The translations under genes and the position numbers were made by a program. The notes below the pieces were generated by a model. That model had not been told where the DNA came from, searched no databases, and saw nothing but the letters and a program-made list of their open reading frames with translations. A stretch of 40,892 nt of DNA, from the IMG/VR virus record IMGVR_UViG_3300022748_000009, positions 1 to 40,892 of that record. One strand, 5' to 3'. This document shows positions 26,195 to 33,306 of the stretch, in pieces. Each line of letters opens with the position of its first letter. Position 1 is the first letter of the stretch. Source of the DNA: a virus.

Positions 26195-26695
26195 ATGGCA
26201 TTGACACAAGTCGAAACAGGCATGATTAAAGATGCCGCAGTCACTCAAGCAAAGATGGCTGCAAACGTGGCTGGTAATGGGCCAGCGTTCAGCGCGTATC
26301 CAAGCGTTGGCCTATCTCTTTCGGCTAACACAGCAACAAAAGTGGTTCTTCCAAATGAGCGCTTTGACACAGCAAGCTGCTTTGATGCGACAAACTCTTT
26401 GTTCAGGCCGTCAGTTGCTGGCTATTACTGGGTTATGGGATTGATCTCAACGGGGGCTAGTTCATGGGGAACAAACCCGCAGCTTATTGTTATGGTGAGA
26501 AAGAATGGTTCAGACATTGCAGTGAATCAGGTTGTTCCCAATCCGCAATGGATAAGTGCAACAGCATCTCAGCTTGTTTACATGAATGGCACAACAGATT
26601 ATTTGGAGCTTTACGCACAAGCAAGCAGCGCTAATAGTATTGTGCAGTATGGTGGGTTCACCGAATTTTCAGCGTTTTTGGCGAGGGCAGCATAA
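26195..26695 (+). CDS. Small second fibre/receptor-binding candidate with a C1q/TNF-like jelly-roll pattern
   Basis: GPAFSAY...VVLPNERFDTASCFDATNSLFRPSVAGYYWV...VRKNGSDIAVN...LVYMNGTTDYLELYAQ. The N-terminus (MIKDAAVTQAKMAANV) echoes TVTTAKLVDANVTYAKIQNV in the large fibre. Confidence 0.55.
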   Translation: MALTQVETGMIKDAAVTQAKMAANVAGNGPAFSAYPSVGLSLSANTATKVVLPNERFDTASCFDATNSLFRPSVAGYYWVMGLISTGASSWGTNPQLIVMVRKNGSDIAVNQVVPNPQWISATASQLVYMNGTTDYLELYAQASSANSIVQYGGFTEFSAFLARAA

Positions 26696-26859
26696 TGACA
26701 TTATTTGACAAAATTATGGCGCTGTATCCAGAGTTGACACAGCAAGACTTCATGGACACCATTCGTTTGCAAAACGACAGCGATGGGAAAGGCGACTACA
26801 TCGCCAAGTGGGAACACCCAACATTGCCGCGACCAACTGAGGAACAGTTGAATGGATAA
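26695..26859 (+). CDS. XkdW-like small conserved phage protein (54 aa)
   Basis: Not in the ORF track because it is under 60 aa. The ATG overlaps the upstream TAA and the stop overlaps the next gene. Product MTLFDKIMALYPELTQQDFMDTIRLQNDSDGKGDYIAKWEHPTLPRPTEEQLNG. Confidence 0.55.
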   Translation: MTLFDKIMALYPELTQQDFMDTIRLQNDSDGKGDYIAKWEHPTLPRPTEEQLNG

Positions 26860-27112
26860 CCAAGCCCTATTCAACATTGCAGTTGCCTGTGCTGGTGGCC
26901 TTGCGCTGTGGGTGTTGAACTCAATGACGAGACAAATCCAAAAGCAGGATGACAAGATCACTCTGCTTGAGGAGCGACTGTCAACGCTTAAAGATACGCT
27001 GCCTCACGACTATGTGCAGAAGCAGGATTACCGCGAAGACATCAAAGAGGTGAAGGAAATTCTTCGCCAGATTTTTGACAAGCTAGACAACAAGCAAGAC
27101 AAGGCTGCGTGA
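26852..27112 (+). CDS. Single-pass membrane protein with a coiled-coil tail, unknown
   Basis: The N-terminal hydrophobic helix FNIAVACAGGLALWVLN is followed by charged helical sequence. The region is A/T-richer. Confidence 0.65.
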   Translation: MDNQALFNIAVACAGGLALWVLNSMTRQIQKQDDKITLLEERLSTLKDTLPHDYVQKQDYREDIKEVKEILRQIFDKLDNKQDKAA

Positions 27113-27113
27113 T

Positions 27114-27878
27114 GTGGGGCCAGAGATTGTCATCGCTCTTCAAGCTATGCGTGGCGCGTGGGCTGGCATTCAGTTCTGTTGTGATTGCCTTCGCGAAGGG
27201 TCTGTTGAAATCCAGAAAGTCAAAAAGACTGTCGAGGGCGGAGTCACTGACGCAAAGAAAATCTACGCCGAAGTCACTGGCATCTGGGGTTGGCTCAAGG
27301 GTTTATTTGGTGCGGCTCCTAAACATCATGGAGGCTCTGGCTCCAAGCAATCCGAAGCCACCGCAGAAGCCCAGCCTGTGGCGAAAAAGAAAGCCGTTGC
27401 CAAAGAAGAATATGTCGACCACATCCCAAGTCAGGATGAGATTGTTCAACAGTTCATTGGCCATGTCGGCGAATGGTTTGACAACTATCACACGCTGAAA
27501 ACGTACACCGAGAAACGGTATGCGGAAGTTTTTGGAAAGGACGAAATCGACCAGAAAGAAGTTCTAGAGCTGACGCAGTTGCAGGTTGAGGTGGACTCAG
27601 CCTACCCAGCGTTGATGAGCTTGATGACCACCAACGCGCCTTGGCAGCTTGGCCCGATATGGTCACAGTTCAAAGAGATGCAGGACAAGGTCAAGGTTGG
27701 CCAAGCAGCGCGTCAGATGAAGCAAAAGCGCGAGAAGGCCAAGCGAGAAGCTGAAGCAGCGCAAAGACGCAGCGATCAGATTGACCGCAACATGACTTGG
27801 TTTTGGGCGTTGACGCTGGTCTGGTACTTCTGGACGTTGATGGGTGTTGTATGGCTAAACACGACAACAATGCAATAA
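27114..27878 (+). CDS. C-terminally membrane-anchored protein, unknown
   Basis: A 254-aa frame of normal composition ending in a Trp-rich hydrophobic segment (MTWFWALTLVWYFWTLMGVVWL). The start is uncertain: GTG 27114 or ATG 27147. Confidence 0.6.
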   Translation: MGPEIVIALQAMRGAWAGIQFCCDCLREGSVEIQKVKKTVEGGVTDAKKIYAEVTGIWGWLKGLFGAAPKHHGGSGSKQSEATAEAQPVAKKKAVAKEEYVDHIPSQDEIVQQFIGHVGEWFDNYHTLKTYTEKRYAEVFGKDEIDQKEVLELTQLQVEVDSAYPALMSLMTTNAPWQLGPIWSQFKEMQDKVKVGQAARQMKQKREKAKREAEAAQRRSDQIDRNMTWFWALTLVWYFWTLMGVVWLNTTTMQ

Positions 27879-28075
27879 TTTTTTTGTTGTGCTTGGTCAT
27901 TGGCATATTGTTTGTGTTGATGTTTTTTTTCTTGCTTCGCATGACAACGCTTGACGCATCATTGGTTCGCAACAAGAGAGAAGCCGAAAGGGCTGCTCTT
28001 GTTTTGAGAGATGAGCGCGAGAAGTTGGAGAGGCTATTGAAGTCGGTGAAACCAACCGAGAAAGGTGAAGAGTGA
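27851..28075 (+). CDS. Single-pass membrane protein (74 aa), unknown
   Basis: ATG 27851. Hydrophobic segment AIIFLLCLVIGILFVLMFFFLL, then a charged helix. The ORF-track start at 27797 is a TTG inside the upstream gene. Confidence 0.55.
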   Translation: MAKHDNNAIIFLLCLVIGILFVLMFFFLLRMTTLDASLVRNKREAERAALVLRDEREKLERLLKSVKPTEKGEE

Positions 28076-28263
28076 GATATGTACTTTTGATGATCGCGTT
28101 GGTCGCATCGGTTTTCATTTTTGGTGAAGACCGTTATCGCTACCCATGCCAGAACCCACGAAACTGGGAAAACACAGAATGCAAACCACCAATTTGCACA
28201 GTCGAAGGCACATGCCCAGACAAACTACTTCCACCTGAAATGCTCTTAAAGGACGACAAATGA
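28072..28263 (+). CDS. Small secreted or membrane Cys-rich protein (63 aa), unknown
   Basis: Hydrophobic N-terminus MRYVLLMIALVASVFIF, then four Cys (PCQNPRNWENTECKPPICTVEGTCP). The start overlaps the upstream stop. Confidence 0.55.
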   Translation: MRYVLLMIALVASVFIFGEDRYRYPCQNPRNWENTECKPPICTVEGTCPDKLLPPEMLLKDDK

Positions 28264-28640
28264 CATTCGCTGAAAAATTCAAAAAGATCATGTGCATCAT
28301 GCTTGGCATTGATGGCCAGCCCTTCATCCCTGAAGAGCGCATGACCGTTGAACAAATCCAAGTGCGCGTGTGGGCTGTTGTGATTTTGACCATCGCGTTT
28401 GTGTTTGCGTCCACTGTGTTGATCGCCATCACATCGTTGATCTTCACAATCCAACCAATGCTGCGTATGGCCCCCATCGATGCCATCTTTGCCAAGCAAG
28501 TGAACGATGCCATGTTGCTGTCTGGTGGCGTGCTTGGTGGTGTGGCTGGTATGACGTTTGTGAATGCTGGCGTGAACTACGTCTACAAGAAATTGACTGA
28601 CGAGCAAGAAGCTCCAAAGGCTGAAGACGATGCTGCGTAA
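28260..28640 (+). CDS. Holin (putative)
   Basis: A 126-aa protein with at least two hydrophobic segments (VWAVVILTIAFVFASTVLIAITSLIFTI; LLSGGVLGGVAGMTFVNAGV) and a charged C-terminus. It sits immediately upstream of the spanin and endolysin genes. Confidence 0.6.
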   Translation: MTFAEKFKKIMCIMLGIDGQPFIPEERMTVEQIQVRVWAVVILTIAFVFASTVLIAITSLIFTIQPMLRMAPIDAIFAKQVNDAMLLSGGVLGGVAGMTFVNAGVNYVYKKLTDEQEAPKAEDDAA

Positions 28641-29025
28641 TCTAGGCATTTTCATTGGCTGCTTGCTGATCGCATTCTTTGCTGGCAAGTACGATGAGCG
28701 TCAGGCAATCAAGGCAGAGGTCGAGCGCATTGAGTCATCGATGCGTGACGAGGCTGCTGCCACCACTGCAAAACTTGAAAAGGAAAAACGAGATGCTCAA
28801 ACCAAAGTTGACCAGCTTCGCGCTGATGTCGCTGCTGGCGCTGTCAGGCTGTCAGTCCGTGCCAGTTGCTCTGCCTCCACTGCCGCAGGAGATTCAGAAG
28901 CGCGAGCCGAACTTGACCCAAAGACTGCTGACGACCTTATCGCCATCACCGCAGACGGCGACCAAGCCATCATCGAACTGAACGCCTGTATTGATTTTTA
29001 CAACAAACTGAGGGAAATTAAATGA
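28630..29025 (+). CDS. Rz: i-spanin (Rz-like)
   Basis: N-terminal TM helix (LGIFIGCLLIAFFAG), coiled coil, and C-terminal LSVRASCSAS...ADGDQAIIELNACIDFYN typical of Rz. An embedded lipoprotein ORF lies in the +1 frame. Confidence 0.8.
   Translation: MLRNLGIFIGCLLIAFFAGKYDERQAIKAEVERIESSMRDEAAATTAKLEKEKRDAQTKVDQLRADVAAGAVRLSVRASCSASTAAGDSEARAELDPKTADDLIAITADGDQAIIELNACIDFYNKLREIK
28793..28981 (+). CDS. Rz1: o-spanin (Rz1-like), fully embedded in Rz
   Basis: ATG 28793 in the alternate frame. Product MLKPKLTSFALMSLLALSGCQS has a lipobox (LSGC) followed by a Pro-rich mature part. Confidence 0.75.
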   Translation: MLKPKLTSFALMSLLALSGCQSVPVALPPLPQEIQKREPNLTQRLLTTLSPSPQTATKPSSN

Positions 29026-29492
29026 CTCAACTCACCGCGCACTTCAGCCTCGAAGAGCTGACACACACCGACCACCGCGAGCTGGACAACACGCCAACCA
29101 CGGCCGAGCATTGCATCATCGATGGCAAGGAAGTCATCGTGAACGCATACGAGAATCTGCCGCGCTTGGCTGCATTCTTGGAGCAGGTCAAGGTTGTGTT
29201 GGGTGGCAAAGCAATCTTTGTCAACAGCGGCTTTCGCTCGCACGCTGTGAACACGGCAGTTGGCTCAAAGGACACCAGCGACCATCGCCGTGGCTGCGCT
29301 GCTGACATCCGTGTTGACGGCATGACACCAGACCAAGTGACCCGCGCCATCATCGCAAGCGACCTGCCATACCAGCAAGTCATTCGCGAGTTTGACCGCT
29401 GGACTCATGTGGCCATCACAACAAACGAGGGCGACACCCCCAAGAAATCGAAGCTCATCATTGACAAGGCTGGCACACGACCCTTTGCCTGA
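29022..29492 (+). CDS. Endolysin, peptidase M15 family (zinc D-Ala-D-Ala carboxypeptidase / L-Ala-D-Glu peptidase type)
   Basis: FSLEEL...VNSGFRSHAVNTAVGSKDTSDHRRGCAADI...FDRWTHVA matches the H...D...H metal ligand pattern of M15 peptidases. Confidence 0.8.
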   Translation: MTQLTAHFSLEELTHTDHRELDNTPTTAEHCIIDGKEVIVNAYENLPRLAAFLEQVKVVLGGKAIFVNSGFRSHAVNTAVGSKDTSDHRRGCAADIRVDGMTPDQVTRAIIASDLPYQQVIREFDRWTHVAITTNEGDTPKKSKLIIDKAGTRPFA

Positions 29493-29542
29493 TATACTGG
29501 CATCGGTTCTTACATGCAGTTGCTCTCTCCATGTAGGTTGTG

Positions 29543-29578
29543 AAAGCCCCAGCCGTAAAAAGCTGGGGCTTTTCTTTT
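29543..29578. terminator. Hairpin terminator between the convergent arms
   Basis: AAAGCCCCAGC (29543-29553), an 8-nt loop, then GCTGGGGCTTT (29562-29572) followed by TCTTTT. The T tract overlaps the stop of the minus-strand lipoprotein gene. Confidence 0.8.
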
Positions 29579-29828
29579 ACCACTTAGGGGCGCAGGTGAC
29601 CTCGGCCACAATCTCTGTGGTGTACCCATTGATCTTGCGCTTTGCGTAGAGCATGACGGCTCTCAGGCCGTTTGTTTCACACTCGCGCACGGCGACAATG
29701 ATCTCGTTGCGTGACATGGGCTGCACTTTGTTGTCCAGCACCAGCTCCTGCTCTGTCAGTTTTGGTTGGCTTGAGCAGCCAGCCATCACCAGCGCGGCCA
29801 TGATGAAAAATAATTTTTTCATGCTCAC
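29577..29828 (-). CDS. Lipoprotein, unknown function (moron-like; last gene of the leftward arm)
   Basis: MSMKKLFFIMAALVMAGCSS has a signal peptide with a lipobox (MAGC). The mature part is about 65 aa with two further Cys. Confidence 0.75.
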   Translation of the reverse strand: MSMKKLFFIMAALVMAGCSSQPKLTEQELVLDNKVQPMSRNEIIVAVRECETNGLRAVMLYAKRKINGYTTEIVAEVTCAPKW

Positions 29829-30022
29829 CCCTTATCGGTCACAAATCGGTTTGACTTCTCGAACGCCTCAACGTCCTCGATGCGGTAGCGCACCTCGGAG
29901 TTGCGGCCTTCACCCAGCTTGATGTAGTCGGGGCCGACATTGGCCACACGCCATTTGCGTATGGTGCTGTCGGACACTCCCCAACGCTCGCACAGGTCTT
30001 TAGGCTTGAGCAGCTTGGGCAT
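29825..30022 (-). CDS. AlpA/excisionase-family HTH protein
   Basis: LLKPKDLCERWGVSDSTIRKWRVANVGPDYIKLGEGRNSEVRYRIEDVEAFE fits the HTH_17/AlpA pattern. Confidence 0.65.
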   Translation of the reverse strand: MPKLLKPKDLCERWGVSDSTIRKWRVANVGPDYIKLGEGRNSEVRYRIEDVEAFEKSNRFVTDKG

Positions 30023-30830
30023 CTTGTGCCTCCTCTGCTGGCAGCACTTCGCCAGTGTCTGCGTCCACGGTTCCCATAGAACGCTTCAGGCGGCTCAAAG
30101 GCGCAGCTTGGGCCTCTGGTTCGGGCGTGATGTTTACAGGCGCTCTGCGCTCGATCTGGTCAAATCCTGAAGCATCGTTGTCTGACTCGAATACTTGGTC
30201 GACATCGGCGCTGGATGGCAGACGTTTGGCCATGCGGCGAATGACCGTCTTCTTGGCCATCTCATCCCACCAGTCAGCCCAAGGGCCAAACTTGCCAGCG
30301 CGGCTGGCTGCACGCACCTTCTCGACATCGGCCACGCTCATGACCTCGCGGTAGATCGCGCCGTCCTTGGTCTTGGCCACAGCGTACACAGCAAGCTGCT
30401 GGCCACGGTCTGCGCCCAAGAATGGCTTGTGAACGATGCGCTCATCATCGCCCAGCTCATACTCGAAGAAGTCTTTGTCGTACACCACGTTGGCGCTGAT
30501 GCTGGCCAGCTCGCCTGAGTTGCGAATCTTTTTCAAGATGCCGCCAACCATTGGCATGTACTGCACCTTCTTGCCGTCCTTGGTGTTGAAGATGACAGGC
30601 GCAGCTTCGCGGCCATCAAGCAGCAAGCCATCTTGTGCGGCCTTCATGCACGCGCCCAACAGGCTGCGGCGGTCAGCGCTCAACAGCTCTGGGTTCATCT
30701 GCACCGCTGTCAGTGTGGTGCGAATGAATTTCTCGACTGGGATTTGTGGCGGCAATGCAGAGGCGAACTCTGGTTGCATCTTCACAAGCGTGCCGCGCAT
30801 CGCTTCCATAGGGGTCAATTCTGTACTCAT
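30000..30830 (-). CDS. recT: RecT-family single-strand annealing recombinase
   Basis: KFIRTTLTAVQMNPELL...LLGACMKAAQDGLLLDGREA...QYMPMVGGILKKIRNSGE...KTVIRRMAKRLP is a typical RecT signature. The gene is paired with a YqaJ-type exonuclease. Confidence 0.85.
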   Translation of the reverse strand: MSTELTPMEAMRGTLVKMQPEFASALPPQIPVEKFIRTTLTAVQMNPELLSADRRSLLGACMKAAQDGLLLDGREAAPVIFNTKDGKKVQYMPMVGGILKKIRNSGELASISANVVYDKDFFEYELGDDERIVHKPFLGADRGQQLAVYAVAKTKDGAIYREVMSVADVEKVRAASRAGKFGPWADWWDEMAKKTVIRRMAKRLPSSADVDQVFESDNDASGFDQIERRAPVNITPEPEAQAAPLSRLKRSMGTVDADTGEVLPAEEAQDAQAAQA

Positions 30831-31060
30831 GCTGTTGCTCCTTCAATCAAATCAGTTTGCTCTGCGATTGTTGATGATACCTCAACAGTGGCTCCGTGTT
30901 TGCTCATAAGCATTGCCACATCGACAGCCTTTGCAACTTCGATGGTGTACTGTTTGCCAGCGATGTGGCGCAGGGCTTGCGCTTGGCTGGATGCTTGGAC
31001 TAGGTACACGTTGTTGTTGCCTGTCACTTTGTAGATGCGTTGTTCTGCTGCCATTTTCAT
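30827..31060 (-). CDS. Hypothetical protein in the recombination module
   Basis: A 77-aa ORF with translationally coupled overlaps on both sides. RIYKVTGNNNVYLVQASSQAQALRHIAG is a pattern I recall near phage annealase genes. Confidence 0.6.
   Translation of the reverse strand: MKMAAEQRIYKVTGNNNVYLVQASSQAQALRHIAGKQYTIEVAKAVDVAMLMSKHGATVEVSSTIAEQTDLIEGATA
30866..30886 (-). promoter_or_regulatory. Operator-like site GATTGTTGATGATnnnTCAAC, copy a
   Basis: Matches 32250-32270 at 18 of 21 positions. Contains the inverted repeat GTTGA-N7-TCAAC. It lies 36-56 nt upstream of the recT start, inside the upstream CDS. Confidence 0.4.
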
Positions 31061-32007
31061 TTCTCCTTTTTTGCTGTGAAGCGGAAGTTGCGGAAACCCT
31101 TGCGAGCGCCGTAGTAAGTGCCGACCATGTCGGCGGTGATCTGCGTACCCAAACTGTCTTTTGTTGTACCGCAGGAAATCGTGCCAAGCGAGCTGACCAC
31201 TTTGCTGGCGCTGCCGATGGCCATGAGAATCTCAGCCTTGGTGGCTTCGCGAATGTCGGTCTGCTCTTTGATGGCTTGGCCAAGGTAGTGGTAGCGCTCG
31301 ATGAGCATGTCCAGCTCTGGTGTTGACTCGGCCACCAAGCCATCGATGGAGTCGCCGCGCAACTGCTTGATGATGAACTCAGCGTCAGCCGAATAGTCTG
31401 GGTTTGGCGCAGCGTTGGCCTCAATCATTGCCCAGAACGCTTTGATCTTGGCGCGAATGTCTGCGCCAATTTTGTGGTCACGGCTACGCAGCACAATCTT
31501 CAGGGTGTTGCCACCAACCAGCAGACACAGAGCCGTCCACTCATAGCCTGTCAGCTCCATCTGGTGCTGGATTTGCAGCTCGATGTGTTCGGGCGCTTCA
31601 ATGTTGCCAGCGCCGTCATCGAGCCAGTTGCGTGCGTACTGCAATCCGTCCACGTTCTTGACTTCCAAGATGCCTTTGCCTTTGACGCTGTCGAGAATCT
31701 CGAAGTCAAAGCTCGACCCCATACGCAGGTCTGGGTCACGCATGTACACCTTGAGCGGCGCAATGCTCCAACCCATCTCTTCGGCCGCGCCGTGGGCGAT
31801 TGCAGCCTCAAGACGGTTGCCCCACTTCATGCGCTCGTTGGCCTCAAATTTGACCGACACGCCATCACGCTTTTCGTGGAACAGCTCGAACTCTGTCTTG
31901 TATGGTGACAGGCCGTACAGAGCTGGTATCTCTGTGCTGGTAATGTCTTTCTTGCGCTCACCCAGCCATTGGGCCTCGCTGGTGATTTGGATAATCTCTA
32001 CTGTCAT
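31057..32007 (-). CDS. YqaJ-type (lambda Exo-like, PD-(D/E)XK) recombination exonuclease
   Basis: ITSTEIPALYGLSPYKTEFELFHEK...RMKWGNRLE...MGSSFDFEI...GILEVKNV has the typical YqaJ motifs. Confidence 0.8.
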   Translation of the reverse strand: MTVEIIQITSEAQWLGERKKDITSTEIPALYGLSPYKTEFELFHEKRDGVSVKFEANERMKWGNRLEAAIAHGAAEEMGWSIAPLKVYMRDPDLRMGSSFDFEILDSVKGKGILEVKNVDGLQYARNWLDDGAGNIEAPEHIELQIQHQMELTGYEWTALCLLVGGNTLKIVLRSRDHKIGADIRAKIKAFWAMIEANAAPNPDYSADAEFIIKQLRGDSIDGLVAESTPELDMLIERYHYLGQAIKEQTDIREATKAEILMAIGSASKVVSSLGTISCGTTKDSLGTQITADMVGTYYGARKGFRNFRFTAKKEK

Positions 32008-32021
32008 TGCTCTCTCCTTGG

Positions 32022-32210
32022 TTAAATTGAAAAACGCAGCTTGTCTTTTCCAGACTCGCCTTGCTCATCGTCATCGGCGTACAAGCTCAACTCAAGCTGC
32101 TCGCCAGACTCGGTGGTAATGGTGATGGTGCGGGTCGCACGGTCGCTGTGATTTAAGACGCTACCGAACTCAACCGACTTCACCTTCATGATGTCTAAAC
32201 TCATTCCCAT
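32022..32210 (-). CDS. Small hypothetical protein (62 aa)
   Basis: The ATG at 32210 is preceded by AAGGAGAAGCAA. The ORF-track N-terminal extension to 32357 crosses a promoter-like intergenic region and is unlikely to be coding. Confidence 0.6.
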   Translation of the reverse strand: MGMSLDIMKVKSVEFGSVLNHSDRATRTITITTESGEQLELSLYADDDEQGESGKDKLRFSI

Positions 32211-32238
32211 TTGCTTCTCCTTGTGGTTGTATGTGCTA

Positions 32239-32269
32239 ATTCTAGCATGGATTGTTGATGATGCGTCAA
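32239..32269 (-). promoter_or_regulatory. Candidate sigma70-type promoter with an extended -10
   Basis: The minus strand reads TTGACG (32269-32264), a 19-nt spacer, then TGcTAGAAT (-10 at 32244-32239), 28 nt upstream of the ATG at 32210. The spacer is longer than optimal. The site overlaps operator-like copy b (32250-32270). Confidence 0.5.
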
Positions 32270-32335
32270 CTCTTTTTGTTGGGGCAGTTGGGGCATTTGC
32301 GTGACTGGCAGACCCCCAACTCTTCGCATGTGCGC

Positions 32336-32716
32336 TTAACCACGGCTGTGGCCCCACGATGGCATGACCCAGTCGTTCATCTTGTTGACGAGGTCTGAGT
32401 GCAGCTCCTTCTTTTGAATGTTCCCTCGCAGGTAAGCATCCCAGTCGGCCATCATCTGCTGCCAGTGGACATGCAGATATTTGTGGGCGCGAGCCTGTGA
32501 CTCGAGCTTGAAGCTCTCAGGTGCGTACTGGTTGATGCGCTCCTGAATCCACTCAGTGATGCCTTGCTGTTGCTTGGCCAACGCAGCCTGTGCGGCCGAC
32601 TTGAGTGGGCTGTCCTTGAGGCTGTCCAACCAGCATGACAGTGTGGCCCACTGCATGAAGCCGTCTTGAGTGACGCGACCTTGGATGCCATCGAATGTGA
32701 AAGTTGCTGTTGTCAT
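32336..32716 (-). CDS. Hypothetical early protein (126 aa)
   Basis: The ATG at 32716 is preceded by AAGGAGAACACC. No recognisable motifs. Confidence 0.7.
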   Translation of the reverse strand: MTTATFTFDGIQGRVTQDGFMQWATLSCWLDSLKDSPLKSAAQAALAKQQQGITEWIQERINQYAPESFKLESQARAHKYLHVHWQQMMADWDAYLRGNIQKKELHSDLVNKMNDWVMPSWGHSRG

Positions 32717-32726
32717 GGTGTTCTCC

Positions 32727-32939
32727 TTAACCGATGTGAACGATTTGCAATTTGCCCACTGCTTGAGCGGCTTGAATCAGGTTGGCGTTTCCTTTGTTGG
32801 TAATTTTTGCAATCACCGCAACATTATTTTTTGGTCGGCAATCAATCGCAGAGCATTTCACTTCACGCATGTAGCGAAAGTCGCAACCTTGGCAACCGCT
32901 GGTTGGTGCTGGAATCATTTTGTAGTCTGGGATTTGCAT
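32727..32939 (-). CDS. Cys-rich small early protein (70 aa)
   Basis: The ATG at 32939 is preceded by AGGAGTTTCAA. SGCQGCDFRYMREVKCSAIDC suggests a metal-binding knuckle. It is the first gene of the leftward arm. Confidence 0.65.
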   Translation of the reverse strand: MQIPDYKMIPAPTSGCQGCDFRYMREVKCSAIDCRPKNNVAVIAKITNKGNANLIQAAQAVGKLQIVHIG

Positions 32940-33087
32940 TTGAAACTCCTGTTTGTTTTGCCGATGTGTTGATTCTAGATCATCATTTGCTGTATTTTTA
33001 CGTTCCCTTAAAAATAAATTTGTAGATTAAACCTTTGTTTTCAAAATCAGTTGTGAATGCGCGTTGATTTTGTGTCATCATCGAGGA
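32940..33087. promoter_or_regulatory. Divergent early control region
   Basis: A 148-nt A/T-rich gap between divergent genes. It has a leftward TAGAAT (32977-32972 on the minus strand) 32 nt before the ATG at 32939. Two direct copies of GTTGATT-N5-TCATCAT lie at 32968-32986 and 33063-33081. Confidence 0.6.
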
Positions 33088-33306
33088 ATGACCACTCAAA
33101 ACCTCACACCAGTCGACTTGGTGATTCACTCGTTTGGCGGCGTGCGAAAGCTCGCTCGCGCAATAGACCGCGACCCTGCGGCCATCTCACGCTGGCGCAA
33201 GTCAGGCACTGTGCCAACACCTGTGCAACGCAAGCTGCTTGAGCTGGCATGGGCGCGTGGCATCAACATCAGCGCACACGACTTGATCTTTGGCCGCGAG
33301 GCATGA
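33088..33306 (+). CDS. Cro/YdaS-like HTH regulator
   Basis: ATG 33088 follows GAGGA. LVIHSFGGVRKLARAIDRDPAAISRWRKSGTVPTPVQRKLLELA fits the Cro/YdaS-type pattern. The ORF-track start at 33064 is a TTG. Confidence 0.65.
   Translation: MTTQNLTPVDLVIHSFGGVRKLARAIDRDPAAISRWRKSGTVPTPVQRKLLELAWARGINISAHDLIFGREA

Noticed and set aside
24900-26700. A diversity-generating retroelement (template/variable repeat pair) as in BPP-1
   Set aside because: There is no reverse transcriptase gene anywhere in the genome. I saw no second copy of the fibre 3' end.
27109-27498. An alternative-frame 129-aa ORF with a neat TGATG start overlapping the 254-aa gene
   Set aside because: The product is Ser/Arg/Lys/Leu-rich, as in off-frame translation. 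The 254-aa frame has normal composition and continues to a clear membrane anchor. A short overlapping gene is not fully excluded.
29493-29576. tRNA or other small RNA gene in the convergent gap and other gaps over 70 nt (8234-8315, 32211-32335, 32940-33087, 34385-34469)
   Set aside because: No cloverleaf-compatible arms were seen. The gaps are explained by terminators, promoters or operator-like sites.
32211-32357. N-terminal extension of the 62-aa gene to a 111-aa ORF
   Set aside because: The extension runs through a promoter-like sequence and an operator-like site. The internal ATG at 32210 has a strong AAGGAG ribosome-binding site.
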